NCBI GenBank assembly: GCA_951406725.2
Contig: OX597817.1
Location: 27,776,001 to 27,840,000 of the forward strand
DNA: 64,000 nt
Origin: Octopus vulgaris
Lineage: Eukaryota
Direction: 5' to 3'
In this document: one piece after another, positions 1-14,110 of the stretch
Numbering within the stretch: position 1 is the first letter of the stretch
Layout: the number at the start of each line of letters is the position of its first letter
Notes under the pieces: model-generated
What the model was told of the DNA's origin: nothing
The model's input: the letters and a program-made list of their open reading frames with translations, nothing else
Databases searched by the model: none
Program-made: the position numbers and the translations under genes

Positions 1-329
1 TTACTGTGACCAGCTTTCTTTTATATAAATAGCTGTGAGTGCGAATCCATTTACATAGAATAAGCAAAACAATCCGGCGAACCGAGTCTGCGAAGTCTGT
101 TCTGTTCTCCAAGGCAAGTAGTTCACTTTATGTAACCTACTTCTGAAGAAATCAACGAACTTGAGAAAATCGTATTACCCAACGAGTATATGAAATGGAG
201 TAAGTGCTAACAAATTTAATGTGGCGATCAAGAGAACTATTAATATAAACTACACTATTTGAGGAGGGGTAAACGTTGATGAACAATGCTTAACAATGCA
301 CGAATATGTAGCACTGTGTATTTACGTAC

Positions 330-367
330 GTACACACATACATACATACATATATATATATACATAC

Positions 368-426
<59 letters not shown>

Positions 427-698
427 TATACATATATATATATACATATATATATATATGTGTGTGTATGTATATAAATATATATGTATGTGCGTATGTA
501 TATAAATATATATATGTATACGTGTGTGTGTATGTATATAAATATATATATACATATATATATATACACTCATATATATATATATATATACATATATGTG
601 TGTGTGTGTGTCTGTCTGTGTGCATATTTACATATATATATGTATATTAAAAACATATATATACGTATATATTTATATACATATTATACATATATGTA

Positions 699-742
<44 letters not shown>

Positions 743-761
743 TATAGATACATACATAAAT

Positions 762-801
<40 letters not shown>

Positions 802-802
802 G
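330..802. repeat. compound (TA)n/(CA)n/(TACA)n microsatellite
   Basis: Directly visible dinucleotide runs; they explain the YI-repeat ORFs. Confidence 0.95.
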
Positions 803-1453
803 CATACAACGGAAATATTTATCCCTGAATTTGTTGTATAAGATATGTGTATATATCATGTCATGGTTTACTGACTTAATTTCTAGCTAAGTTGATAATT
901 TCATTTTTCTGCGCAAACATAAATCTATATAAACATAAATCAACGATAAAACTAATAAGAAGGATTTAAATATATATTTTTCTATTGTTCGCAGATATGT
1001 TGTATCGAAGTGTATTAACGTTCGAAGAAATAAATCATCACAACTTTCACGTTATTATCAAATTAATCTTCCTCTTGTTCATATATTTTATTGGTTTCCG
1101 TTACTGGACTATGTCTACGCTGGGTCAACACCTTTAAGTATTGTAGAACGATCATGAAGACTTACTTTAGACGCGCAAAATATCTTATCAGTTTCTAGTT
1201 ATCGAACCGCAACATGGCGTTTTAATGTAGTTGAGATACGTTAACACGTACTTCGATTAACTTGGACTCAAATAGACATTTATGCACTAAACTCACATAT
1301 ATACACACTTAAGCACACATATATAAATATATGTACAGTGACACACATACATAAATACATTCATATGTAATTTTTACAATTTGATCCAGAACTATTAAGA
1401 GAAATACAATTATCACCTGTATATGAATTTATAATTCTTGATTTCCAAAACTC

Positions 1454-1705
1454 ACTCGTGAGTTTCTCGACGAGAACATGGTATGGCTTCCGCATCCTGT
1501 GTATTCGTCAGAGTTAGTGCCTGCGAACTTCCACCTCTTCCCCAAGATGAAAAGACAACTCAAAGGTCACAGTTTTAACACCGTTCTCGAGACCTAGAGC
1601 CAATCGCAGAAGTTCCTCGGCTCACTTACGTAGAACGACCTCTAGACCGAATTACAAAAGTAGTAGGAATGCTGTTATTTACCAATGGAAAGTTACTTCA
1701 GGGAC
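1454..1705 (+). pseudogene. mariner transposase C-terminal relic
   Basis: Translates as TREFLDENMVWLPHPVYSSELVPANFHLFPKMKRQLKGHSF followed by stops; resembles the mariner HPPYSPDLAPxDF-LFPKLK motif. Confidence 0.85.
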
Positions 1706-3029
1706 TAAAGAATTTTTCTATGTTGGACTTTCCTCCACTGAATTTTTAAAAAACGCGTAGCCAGCTTAAATATATTAATGTAATGATTTTAATATATGAT
1801 TTAAATATATTAATAAAAATAATATTACAGGTCCAAGTAAACTAATTTGGCATCTCAAAGATTGTAGTAAACAAATTTTCTTTAGACTGGAAATTTTGTC
1901 AAGATCGTTCCCTTATGATAGAGCAAATTTTTTGCCCTCTTTGTACGGACAAACAACTATTTTTTTTTCCAAGCACACACTTGTCAACACCTATAAAGAA
2001 CGTGTTTTCAGGTGTTTACATTGGAAAAAACGCACTTTCAACTATTTCAAATAATATTTGCCCCCTTTGTCTAATAATATCTGTAACTTACACTTTTCAC
2101 TCCAACCATCCCATGCTTTCCTTTATCATTTCTATCCATTTGTCATTCACATACTATTTGCATATTCATTCATTAACTCTTTGATTTTCTTTCTTTCTTC
2201 CCTCTCTTATTCTCTCTTCTATAACGTCAAATTCTAAAATTACTAGCGTTCTCTGTTCACCTTTTGTTTTTCATATATATTATATATTATATACTATAAT
2301 TTCTTACATCTATAAAAATGTTTTATTAATGAAGAATGTTATTTATAATCTCATCTCCGATGAGATTGGTATATTATTCCACATTAATTTTCCTCCCGTA
2401 TTAATTTTAATATGCCCATCGAAACATCGATGTCGGCGATATAAATGATTTAAATAACATCTTGTGCGTTTGCCTACATTTTCCATTTCTCATATATATA
2501 TATATCAATCATCACAATCAAGGATAAAATATATATAGGATTTTATCAAGTAGCTAGCATGTAATAAACCATTTCGGTAAGCATTAATACAAAGTATATA
2601 ATTATATATATACATGCACCACTCACACATTCATATGCATACACATACGCACACATACATACATGTGTGTGTTGGCGGGTGTCTCTGTGTAGTCGCAGGA
2701 TTGATTGCGGCTATCTCCGGGCCATTGTTATACATATGTCAAAGAAATAATTCTATAGTTTTCAATTGTTTTGGTTTAACAATTCAACTTATCTCGCACG
2801 TTAACATAGTTTCACAATTCAGTTTTTTCATTCTTCCGAATTATTATTGTTACACCTTCGCTATACGCGACCCACAAATTATTAATTTTACTCCACTCAT
2901 AACCAACACGAGTACTTAATATATACCTACACCAAGAAAACTCGCAGATAGTCATATCATCAATATCAAGGTAAGCCAGCACTAGAAAATGAAGTCTACT
3001 AAGAAATAATATTCAATGAAAGTAAAAGT

Positions 3030-3970
3030 GTTAGGTACGGACAGAATATTTTGAATGTGTCAGTGTGAACTTGAACAAACCGTATCGGCTCACCGTAATC
3101 GTATCTAGATAAAATATTCTGTAAACCAATGCATACGGTTCAGTAGGTACTTCACAATTCAAAGTAGTCAGCTATACGAATCACAAATTTGTGACTTGGT
3201 CTGTCAATCTAGAAACATTTAGATGGCAGTGACTACGTTACTGAAACTGAAATCCGCGTTCTTAGAGCACAAGTTACAGTGTCCGGGTTAGTGTATGATT
3301 TACGTGGGTGTGGACGGGGGAAAGATTTAACAGCAAATAGTCTTTCCCTCTTAAATAAGCGATTAGAGTAGGGTCGATAAGGTTTAGTGAAGAAGTAGCG
3401 ATTATAAAACCTAGACGAGAGGGAAACGTACTTAAAACTTAGGATACCTGTTTAGGAAACGCATTGCAAGCAACATGCTTGCGGCGAGATTAGTTCTAGA
3501 CCAACTTTTCGGTGTGAAGTATGAAAGCTACTTTTTCAGAGTTCAAACGCATGTTCAAAGACAGGAGGAAACGAAAGCCGTCCAACGGGTCTGGGTGGCA
3601 GACATCAACATGGCAACAAAACCACAATTCGATCATTGACTATCTTCATAAGAATATGTCACTTGAACCCAAAGAGACGTACGCTGGTTTTCAACAGCGC
3701 CTTGTTCGATTGTTCAAGGCCAATGGTGAGCCGTATCGAAGGATGGAGCTCAGTGCCTATCTCGATGACTTGTAAGTTTCTCCGAAATAAAAGTGCGTAC
3801 TGTGAAAAGCCGATAATAGCACGGAAATACTGAAGGCAATGGCTAGCTACATAAGGAGGAAACTGTCAAGTATAGAGGCTATACTTTATAACAAGTGTTT
3901 GCATATCAAGATTGTTCAAAATCCTCATTGATTTTGAGCCCCATGACTGGCAGCAGAAGGCAGGAAATCT
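3030..3970 (+). mobile_element. possible decayed LTR-retrotransposon 5' end with gag-like frame
   Basis: TG...CA segment at about 3030-3157, then ORF 3521-3775 (ETYAGFQQRLVRLF). Reading through stops gives RGYTL*QVFAYQDC, a possible ruined CCHC knuckle. Confidence 0.35.
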
Positions 3971-3989
3971 CGATTTCTCATAGACGAAG

Positions 3990-4815
3990 AGTAGTAGCAT
4001 TAGAGACCTAATATTGACAATTAAGATTTCATTAAAGATTTCACCAACCAGAGATAAACATTTTTCCAGGTCATGTATAATTGTATGGGTCAGTCTCTCG
4101 TGGGATTCAAGGAGAGCATTAAGCCAGAAGCTGAAGATTCTATCTTTTCCATGTGATTTCCATTTGCTTGAGCATCGTAGTGCACTCCTGAGATCTTTAA
4201 CCGAGATAGCTTTCTATATTTGCTCATTAATATGCCCACTGTCTCTGAATTACCGATGAATCCAAAATGAATCACGACTGATCTTCTTGGATTCGACCAC
4301 ATTGATTTCCATACTTTTGTAATTTCTCAGGTGTAGTCTTAATAGTTATACTGGCTTTTGTAATTTTTCATAGAAATAAATATTTTCGAAATATCGTTAA
4401 AGATGTTTGATCATTTCTCGAGCCGCCTTATATATACTTCTTTACCTTGGATCATTTAGATGATTTGTCGATCACTTGATCGATTTCAATAATTATTTTA
4501 ATGCATTATTTTCTTTTCAACTTGTTAGCTTTTGGTACTTTTAACCGTTCATTTCTCTTGATGTACTCGATTATTTCATTCTCAGATCTCATTACTTTCA
4601 TTTTAGTTTAAGATTTCTCTGATGCTAGTCGGCTGTTTGCGTATTTAGTCTTTCTCTTTATTGGAATACGGTACAGAGCAATAGTTATTAAAACTACAGC
4701 ATAAATTAGATTATTCAGTGAGGTGAGATTTACTTCATGTTCATTCAAGATGTATTTTATAACCGCGTATACCTTGCCTATTAGTGTACCGCTTTGCTTT
4801 GAGTTGCACATCTTG
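3990..4815 (-). pseudogene. R4/Dong-type LINE N-terminal fragment (old)
   Basis: NLTSLNNLIYAVVLI and WKSMWSNP match the N-terminal motifs of the 11.8-14.1 kb element (TETNNLIKAASVI; FLSDIWS). Confidence 0.65.
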
Positions 4816-5112
4816 TGGATATTACTCCAATTTCTCAGTTTGATGTTTGGTCTTCAACGATTCTCATAGAACTTTTGTCGTTAAATTATCAACTTCAGTA
4901 TCTGTCTTACAAATTGCACTTTAATACATCACATTCTCATCAGCATCAAATCACTATTTTCCTTGAAAAGATCGGTTTAGCTATTTCTCATACCAAGTCA
5001 CATGTCAACTGTGACCTGGTATGACATAGTATTATTATTTGCATTCTCGCTTGTGCAGCTACAGATCTGAACATGCATTTGAGTCTGATGGATATTCATG
5101 TCAATCAATCAA

Positions 5113-5302
5113 CTAGTAGTAATAGTAGTAGTACTAGCAGCAGCAGCAGTAGTAGTAGTAGCAGCAGTAGTAGTAGCAGCAGCAGCAGCAGTAGTAGCAG
5201 CAGTAGTAGTAGTAGTAGTAGTAATAGTAGTAGTGGTAGCAGCAGTAGTAGTATTTGTAGTAGCAGCAGAAGTAGTAGTAGTAGGAGTAGGAGTAGTTGG
5301 AT

Positions 5303-5335
<33 letters not shown>

Positions 5336-5514
5336 GAGGAGTAGTAGCAACAGTAGCGCCAGCAGGAGTAGTAGTAGTGCAGCAGCAAAAGTAGTAGTAG
5401 CAGGAAGAGGAAGAAGAAGAAGAAGAAAAAGAAGAAGAAAAAGAAGAAGAAAAAGAAGAAGAAGAAAAGAAGAAGAAGAAGAAGAAGAAGAAGAAGAAGA
5501 AGAAGAAGAAGAAG

Positions 5515-5545
<31 letters not shown>
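5113..5545. repeat. (AGT/AGC)n followed by (GAA)n trinucleotide repeats
   Basis: Visible; produce the poly-S/poly-E ORF artefacts. Confidence 0.95.
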
Positions 5546-6944
5546 GGAAGGGGACGAGGAGGAGTCGGAGGGGACGAAAGATGAGTATACACTTATTTTC
5601 CGCCAGCACCACCATCAGGATGGATGAGGGGGATATAATTGCAAAGACATGCATAAAGTTTGAGGATTAACACAGAAAATCGAATTAGAAGCTAAAAACA
5701 TCGTGAATTATTTCGATATATATTGTCACCTGGCTTTTGCCGCTGGCAAATATCTTTGCTCTGGCAGATCTGCAGTTTTTGAGGGAGGAGATGAGTCGAT
5801 CACTTTACTTGCATTTATGTTTGTGGTGTCAGTGCTGGGCGGGAGAATATCATTGAACGGTTTTCCCCTTCAGATGTGTTTGGTATCGGAGACTTGTTTT
5901 CGGATTGCCTGTTGCTATTGCTGCTACTGTTTTGTTGCTATTTTGGCTACTACCTCTGTAGTTGTTAATTCAAGTTTTGTTGTTGCTGTTGCTATTTCGC
6001 TTCTACAGCTGTTGTTTCAGGTGTGATCATTTTTGCTTTTGTTGGTTTTACTGATTTTATGTTAAGATTCAAGATCGGTTACTTCATAATGTCACAGTCG
6101 ACCTAGTGGACTAAGCAACAACTGCAAGAAGAATATATATATATAAACATATATATTTAGGCAAGAGTGCGTATCAGCGAATTTTTTTTCCTGATTTGTG
6201 ACACAAATTATAAGCCGGCGTATTAATAAATATAGATATGTAGGAAGTCTATCAAAGAGGAAACAACTTAAAATATAGTGACAGCTATAGACATGCTATT
6301 GATAAAAAGAGGAACATCCGCTCTTAACAATTTAGATATGTAACGAATAAATATTGAGAAAACAATTCTGTCTGTCATGTTTGGCGGCGAAGCATGTAAT
6401 CAATTCTTAGCATAACAGATGACTTATGAGACAATATGTTATCCGATTATGATTCAGAACGAAATAAATCGGAAAGCTACAACGATTATGTAATATGGTT
6501 TAAAATAATTTATTTTGATACGCGAAATATTCAATATAAGCAAACAATCACACATCAAGAAATGGCGCTTTTACGATGTAAGAGAACGTGTATTTGTGTA
6601 GCAGCCGACACCTTCAGAAATTTTTGTTTTATGCTGTATTCTGTTTTTCACCTGAAATGGATTAATCGCTATGAAATATCTCCAGCATGGAAGTATCACT
6701 ACTAACAACTATATAATCTGAATGAATTCCGAAAATAAGTCGAGAGTAAAAAAGATTAGCTTTATCTCGCGTTTGGACAATATAATTACTGAACTGTAAT
6801 GAATTGACCTGGGGTACACTCAACTTAAAAATACCAGATTGTCTCTCTCATATTGTCACAGATGACCTGAGGTTAACCAATTGCAGCAAGAATACGAATA
6901 TACATATTTACGTATTTATTTCAAACTCTTTTATGTAAACGTGC

Positions 6945-7100
6945 TGAGCATAAGTCATGTCTATGTGGTTAAGAAGTCTTTCTCAAATTCGAGGTTCCGG
7001 GTTCGATTTCACTACGTGCTACATTGAATAAGACGGATCTTTTATAACTTGAACTTGCCTAATATTTTGCAAGCGGAATTCAGCTGACAGATACTTGTAC
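6945..7100 (+). mobile_element. degenerate SINE family 1 head
   Basis: tgtggttaagaagt...ggttccgggttcgatt resembles the head of the 10545 copy. Confidence 0.55.
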
Positions 7101-7134
7101 GTATAACTTATGAACAAAGAGAAATAGTTCAGAG

Positions 7135-7320
7135 CGATCAAAGACGGCAGTATTACGTCCGGCTCTCTATGTGCTGGTTTCGAATCTCACTTTGGTCAAC
7201 TTCGTCATTTATCTTACCAAGGTCGATAAAATAAAACACCTCATATACTGGAAACCATACAATTGATTGTTTCTACACGCTTAAATTTGTGGTCCAGTCC
7301 CTTATTTGGAAATCCTTTTT
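7135..7320 (+). mobile_element. degenerate SINE family 2 (tail B)
   Basis: ggtcaacttcgtcatttatc...ggtcgataaaataa resembles the family 2 central domain. Confidence 0.5.
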
Positions 7321-7510
7321 ATCGCTGCTATTTGTATTGCTATTGTCGTTATTATGAGTATTGGGAAAGAGAAAGGAAAGATGCATTTCATGTAACATAT
7401 CGTATACTGAATAACCTAATTTCTGCTTACTGTGTTATTTTCATTCTTGTTTATGAAAAGAAATAGTAAGATTAAAATACTGTACTAGATTGCTGCTATT
7501 TGTCTTACTT

Positions 7511-7748
7511 CTATATATTTCGTTATTGCCCACAAGGGGCTAAACATAGAGGGGACTAACAAGGATAGACAAAGGGATTAAGTCGATTGCATCGACCCCA
7601 GTGCGTAACTGATACTTTATTTATCGACCCCGAAAGGATGAAAGGCAAAGTCGACCTCGGCGGAATTTGAACTCAGAACGTAATGGCATGCGAAATACCG
7701 CTAAGCATTTCGCCCGGCGCACTTACGTTTCTGCCAGCTCACCGCCTT
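7511..7748 (-). mobile_element. tRNA-derived SINE family 2, tail A
   Basis: Head ggcggtgagctggcagaa, B-box gagttcaaattcc, central gactttgcctttcatcctttcggggtcgata, tail agccccttgtggg; TSD tttgtcttactt on both sides. Confidence 0.9.
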
Positions 7749-8328
7749 TTGTCTTACTTATATAACTGAAGTTGTAAGCATCGTTGATAATTTGAATCGA
7801 ACCCTCTCGTTGCTTAGCCTTGACTGCCCAGACAGATCTACGATAAATGTTTACTCAGCCATGATAAATTGTTTCTCTCATGGCATAGGATATTCCTATA
7901 CAATGATTATAACGATTGGTTTGAAGAAAGTTTGGTTGCTGTTTCTAGCAAATGGAATAACCACGTTGAGCCATTATGGCTGACTCCTTAGAGAAATATC
8001 CTGTTCGCATACATAGAGAACATATTCAGTTACGATAGTTTGCTTAAGCTTATTCCGTGACATTTGCACTACAATTATTCTGTGTTCACATTTTAATGTT
8101 CCAAACACGATAGTATCGCATTAATGAACAAGTTGACCTCTACTGATATGTAACTTTTCTGGTGAAGCGTAGTAAATGGATGGAATAGATACTGTCAAGA
8201 GAGTTCCTGCTACAATGCAAAAGTACTTAGAACGGAAGATTATATCAGATCATTATATCATTCTCTTAGATAACATTATTAATTATACTTTTCTCCAGTT
8301 TATACGTTTTCTTCTTGTCTTCTCTTCC

Positions 8329-8329
<1 letters not shown>

Positions 8330-8382
<53 letters not shown>
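8330..8382. repeat. (TTA)n microsatellite
   Basis: Visible. Confidence 0.95.
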
Positions 8383-8383
<1 letters not shown>

Positions 8384-9168
8384 TTGTTTGGAAAGAGGAT
8401 GCTTTGTCGTGGCTCGTAAGTTTTCTTTGAAAACGTATTATTTGGTATTCGAATTTTTGTTGGATTCTTTACTATATCAGCCAGCTCGCTTTGCTTAAAG
8501 CGAGCAGGTGGGGCGAAAACTTTTGAGATCCAAAATGTAAAATTTAATATTTCAAAAAAAAAAAAAAAAATAAAAGATAACATGGCTTCCTAAATCGAGG
8601 TAAGTGATAGCCGTTGGAACAGCCATTATGACTTTATTTTCCCACCTCTAATTGATATGGTGAGAGACAAATCACACACAACAACAAAAACGACAACCAT
8701 AGCAGTAGAAACAGAAGCAGCATCATTGATAAGCAGAATAAAATTTATAATGACACGAGCACTACGACCACCACGCACTCAACACTAACACAATCACCAA
8801 AACCACCACCACTACCACCACCACTACCACCACCTCTACCACTACCATCACCACCACCAACACAGCAATACAAAGGAATCAGCGGCCAATATTATCTCGA
8901 AACAAATTGGGATCGGTTTCGCACGAGTATGTCATCGACTGGAGAAAGTTGACGTGTCAGAAAACGCTTTAGGTGACGCCAAAGCGAATTTAATAAAAAA
9001 TGGCAAAATGGTATTTCTAAACACACCAGAAGCAGTGTTTACTTGTCTGGTCGCCTTAACGAAAGAGGTTGTGTGGTGGGCCAGGCTGGAAAAGGCTGAA
9101 GACAGATACTTTCCTCTTTAGACAAGCATTAGCCAAATTTTTTCAAGCTTCCTTTCATTATAACTTTA

Positions 9169-9586
9169 GGACCTTTTCAGTTTGAACGGCAGTTTTTAAC
9201 ATAATTTGTAGGTAACTAAAAATTTTTAACTTCGTATACTGGTAGAATGTGTTTATAAAACATCTTTTTCGCTTGGCTTTCTTCAGAAAATTCTATAGTT
9301 TGTAAGATATTTGTTGTTGTTTTTTTCTTCAATTTCTGCAATTTCAACCAATCAATAACGTCTATTGGGGTAAAAAAAACATTCTGTGCCGTATGAATAT
9401 GTCCCTCGTTTAAGAAACAGATTGGGTTTATTTACATTTGTGAAGAAAAAATGATACCCTTCACCCCACCCCTAAACCTAACCCTAAAACAGATTGAAAT
9501 GCAATAGATCAATACTAGGGTCATAATTATGGGTGACAATTTCATGACACTGCTAGAAAAAACTGCCGTTCAAAGCGAAAAGATCC
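9169..9586. mobile_element. MITE with ~29-bp TIRs and TA flanks
   Basis: ggaccttttcagtttgaacggcagttttt ... aaaaactgccgttcaaagcgaaaagatcc; TA on both sides; internal ccctaa-like units. Confidence 0.85.
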
Positions 9587-9589
9587 TAA

Positions 9590-9950
9590 TTTTATTTCAG
9601 TTGCCTTAGTACCGGGCATTCTCTGGAGGCCAAGAGTAGCAAGGGCACTTTTGTTTTGGCATGCCTGCTAGAATTATTACCACATTTATTCCATTTTAGA
9701 TGGAGAGTGCTTTTTGTAGTATATGGGCTGTACCTATCAAGGTTAACTTTCGTAGCTCACGGAGATTGGCATTACCAGGGAGTTCCTTAATATACTCCTC
9801 AGCTCCCTTCTTTATCGTTCCCAACACAACAATTACCACTGGTATCATCGTAGTACTAAGCTTCCACATTTTTGTGATTTCAATTTTCAGATCTTTATAG
9901 TGAGAAAGCTTTTCGTATTCTTTTCCTGAGATATTTTGATCTTGTGGCAC
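9590..9950 (-). mobile_element. 5'-truncated R4/Dong-type LINE 3' end (restriction-like endonuclease C-terminus plus 3' UTR)
   Basis: ORF 9696-9950: KEYEKLSHYKDLKIEITKMWK...IPVVIVVLGTI...LIGTAHILQKAL; abuts a (TAA)n tract. Confidence 0.85.
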
Positions 9951-10544
9951 ATTATTATTATTATTATTATCATTATTATTATTATTATTATGCAGATGTC
10001 ACCGTAATAGTGTCAGACACCAAAAAAGCTCCTGCTATCGATTCCATTTTCAGGGAATACTAAGCAATGAAAGGACTAATGATAAATCCCAACAAGTTGG
10101 TCGAGAAAAGACTAAGACCAAGATTGGGCTCCCGGCACCTGTAATTTAGTCAGGCATTCACTCCTTTCTAATGTCGAGTACTTTGGTTCGTGTAACATCT
10201 ACATTAGCAATATATAGGAATCCCTGGCATGGCAGGGATTCCTATATATTGTTATATTTCTGTATAACGTTATAATGAAAGGAAGCTTGAAAAAATTTGG
10301 CTAGTGCTTGTCTAAAGAGGAAAGTATCTGTCTTCAGCCTTTTCCAATCGGCCCCACCACACAACCTCTTTCGTTAAGGCGACCAGACAAGTAAACACTG
10401 CTTCTGGTGTGTTTAGATATACTATTTTGCCATTCTTTATTAAATACCCTTTGGCGTCACTTAACGCGTTTTCTGACACGTCAACTTCCTCTAGTCGATG
10501 ACATACTCGTGCGAAATATGTATATAGGCGTTGGAGTGCCTATA

Positions 10545-10890
10545 GGCGTAGGAGTGGCTGTGTGATAAGTAGCTTGCTTATCAAGTACATGGTTCCAGAT
10601 TCAGTCCCACTGCGTGGTACCTTGGGCAAGTGTCTTTTTATTGTAGCCTTGTGAGTGGATTTGGTAGACGGAAACTGAAAGAAGCTCGTCGTATGTGAGT
10701 ATATTTATATGTGTGCTTGTGCGTCTGTGTTTGTCCCCCGACACCGATGGTGGTGTGTTTAGTTCCCCGTAACATTGCGGTTCGTTAAAAGAGACCGATA
10801 GAATAAGTGCTAGGCTTCCAAAGAAGGCGGTGCTCCAGCATGGCCACTGCCACATGACTGAAGCAAGTAAAAGAATAAAAGAGTAAAAGA

Positions 10891-10892
<2 letters not shown>
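10545..10892 (+). mobile_element. tRNA-derived SINE family 1
   Basis: Head ggcgtaggagtggctgtgtg...ttcagtcccactgcgtgg, CORE-like ccttgggcaagtgtctt, tail ggcggtgctccagcatggcc...gtaaaagagtaaaagag. Confidence 0.9.
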
Positions 10893-10929
<37 letters not shown>

Positions 10930-11774
10930 AATATATATGTACGTATGTATATATGCATGTATGTATGCATGTATGTATGTGTAAGTGTGTCATGTGCGAA
11001 TCTGTGTGTATAGCCACATGTTTGTGTGCATTTTACATCAAAATATTCATGCCAACCAGATGAATTTCCTTAATCACTCACGTTTTCTTTATTTTTCCTT
11101 ATTGCTTCAAATACCTTTTACAAAATGTTTCATGAAACAAATATTTTAGCTATAAATTTACGTAAATTGCACTTTCGTTCGTCGTTAAAAGTCATCATTC
11201 ATCATATCACGTATCCATGTGACTATTTGCCTGGGATTTAACAATAATGGGGAAAAAAGAAAAGAAATAACACAAAAGGTTGAATTATCAACTTCCTTGC
11301 TTTTTTATATTACATGTTTAAAATTTTTCTTTGGCGACAAATGTTTTTCGACGTGCTAAATGCTATCGGTTAGAATTTACAATGAAATATGCTAGATTAT
11401 CCTGCGGCAGAATTGGTTAAGATGAGATTTTATGAAATAAGTAAATAGAAAGAAGAAATAATGATAAAAATAGAAAATAAATGAAGGAAAAATTGACGTG
11501 TGGAAAATATCAATGTAATTTTCAGAAATTTTGCGAGTTCCTTGAATTGACTTTATTTAAACAAAAATATATTTCCAACCGCCATTTTTGTGCTACATCA
11601 TTAACGCTTTTCACATGCTTAACTCTGCTTGCTGACACGGCAAAGTGAATGTGTTTATTTTTATTGATTTATGGCTGATTTATTTTATATTTTTATATAA
11701 TAATTACTGTGGGTGGTGGGGACGGTTTATTCTATTTCCAATTTAAAGCTATTCTGAAGCATACAGGGAACGAA

Positions 11775-14110
11775 TATTCGAGTACAAACCAGCACTGTTG
11801 AACTTTCTTTCTGTAATAAATACACATACCTACGTCCAGGTATTTATAGCTTCAATGTTATTCTGTCCGTTTAATTTCGACTTACGGATCAGTCTCAGTC
11901 CGCGCAAGTACTCCATCTTCAATTTTTCTTATCCCCCAGTACTTATAGGCCGTATCTTCCTTATGCATCACAACCTCACCCGACGGTATCGTTATCCCGT
12001 CCATACATTTGATTTTGCCTCTCTTCAAGACTAATACATCCCAATTTTTCAGTCCAAACTCCATTCTGATATCAACACTGAAAGTATACACCGTATCAAC
12101 GTGGGAACTGACTTGGGATTCATCTCTACCATTAAGTTTGAGGTTATCCATGAATAACAAGTGGATGACATTTTGTTGGCGGCTCTTGAATACATACCCA
12201 ACTTTTACTATCCACAGAATCAGTGTTAGTGGTATCAGGCACAGTAAAAAGATCAGTGGAGACAGGCAGTCCCCTTGGAAGATGCCTCTCCTGATTTCTA
12301 TTGTCCCTAAACTTCTTTCATATGCTGCCAGTTCCGTCCTCTACATCACCATACTTTTTTATAGCAATCTCTCAACATTCGATGCAATACAAATAGGTTC
12401 ATACATTCCATAATCCAAGAATGTGGGATCATATCGTATGCCTTACGATAATCTATCCATGACTTGACTAAGTTAGTTTACCTTCTCTTGCATTCTCCAA
12501 GTTCAGTTTTGCCTACCAAGAGTTGATCCTTGGTACCTCTGCAGTTATGCTTGCAACCCTTCTACTCATGTGGCAGGACCGCATTTTCTTCCAGATGTCC
12601 GTGCATTGACTCTGCGACTATTCCAGTCAATAATTTCCACATAAGTGGCAAGGAGGATATCACCCTGTAATTGTCTACCGTATTACCTTTTTCGATGTTT
12701 TTCAAGCACAGCACTGTCGTATTTGTTGTCAACCACTCTGTTGTTACTTGGTCGGCATTTAACAAGGTGTTGAGTTGTGCAGCTATTCGTGCATGAAATT
12801 TACGAAATATTTTGCTCCAGTAGCCTTAAATTCTACTTAGCCCCGGGGCTTTCCAGTTGCCCATTTTTTCTGATTTCTTTCACTACCCTAATTGAAATGA
12901 CTAGTTCTCCCCTTTTCGAACAGACTTCTGTTTGCTTCACTTCTTGCAACCATTCAGCATCCTTCTTGTGCTCCTTGTCTTTGCTCCATATGTCACTCAA
13001 AAAGCTTTGACTTTCAGTGTTATCTGGCATCAACTTTTCATCTTTACACTCTCCATTTATTTCTTTGTAGAACCTCTTCTGATCTACTCTGAATAAGCCA
13101 TTCTGCTAGTAACACTTCATTGTTTGGTCATATCTTACCATCATTGCTTTCGTTGCAACGAGGCGATGTTTTACTTCCTCCATTACCACTTTCAGGCCCC
13201 TTTTATTTTTCAGTATCATACTCTGTTCAGGGCCCTGTATTTTTTTTCGCTTTTAAGCTCCCCTTTTCTTTTCGGTGTAACACAGAAATGTCTTTCGAGA
13301 GCACATCTGAACCTATCTGTATTTTTCTCCCTAACCGAGGATCTTTTCTTTTGTCACTCCCATTATATTTCTTTTTCTTCACATCAACACTCACGTTTTA
13401 TGCTACAATAACACTTGCTGCCTTGATCAAATTATTTGTTTCTGTGATGTTCTTTGTTCTGATGTATTTCAGAATTTCATTCACATTTCGTTTCTTGTTT
13501 CGATTTCCGATCAACCTTTTTAAGGATGTAAATAATGTCGATATCGTTCTCCTGTAGCCTTGCCTTTATTCTGTCGTAGATTGCCTTTTGCCCATCTGTC
13601 ATGTCACCATTAGTTTTATTGTCTTTTTCCAAACCATCTATATGTCTCTCATCGAGCAAGCTATCACTGTTCTTTCCTGTGGTTTATTAGAGATCTCAAT
13701 CTCTGTTTCCTGCTATGGGATTACTTTTATCAGTAGGAACTGCTGTTTCATCGTTTCCTCTGCTGCTGTTTTCCAATACCCGTGTTTTGATAGCCTCTCA
13801 CTCTAATTCTGTGAACTAACGGGTTTTTTTATTGCCCTAGCTCGATCACATAATGTCTGTTCCGTGAGATGAAAGAATCCTGTTTTTCTCCATTGATCAT
13901 ACATACATTGTCGGTATCCCCTAATATGAACGCCATTTTCGTCTACAGGTTGGTCAGGTAATTACGCTCCATATACACAGTATTGACTTGTTCGATCCAT
14001 CTACGCCGTGTGTGCTGGTTTCTTGCTGGATATCGACAGGCAGGACTCGGACCAGAATCTCTGAGCCTGCCGGGTGCAACACTGTCACAATCAAGGTCTT
14101 CAGTTTCATT
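11775..14110 (-). pseudogene. R4/Dong-type non-LTR retrotransposon, N-terminus through RT, frameshifted
   Basis: RT motifs NYRVISSLPLMWKLLTGI, RRGIFQGDCLSPLIF, LLFMDNLKL, DIRMEFGLK and YKYWGI, with many stops and frameshifts; (TAA)n lies upstream on this strand. Confidence 0.93.

Larger units (their letters stand above)
8917..10516. mobile_element. element with ~248-bp inverted arms (8917-9164 / 10269-10516), PLE pseudo-LTR-like or foldback, with nested insertions
   Basis: Arms are reverse complements with scattered mismatches (tttcgcacgagtatgtcatcgact... / ...agtcgatgacatactcgtgcgaaa). Confidence 0.8.

Noticed and set aside
255-859. YIYI-repeat ORFs here and at about 17, 27.5, 36.5, 49.4, 53 and 61.6 kb
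   Set aside because: Translations of (TA)n/(CA)n microsatellites.
5073-5654. 184-aa Ser/Arg/Glu-rich ORF
   Set aside because: Made entirely of trinucleotide repeats and open in several frames on both strands.
9468-9488. telomeric repeat (ccctaa)
   Set aside because: Only about 3 imperfect units, internal to a MITE.
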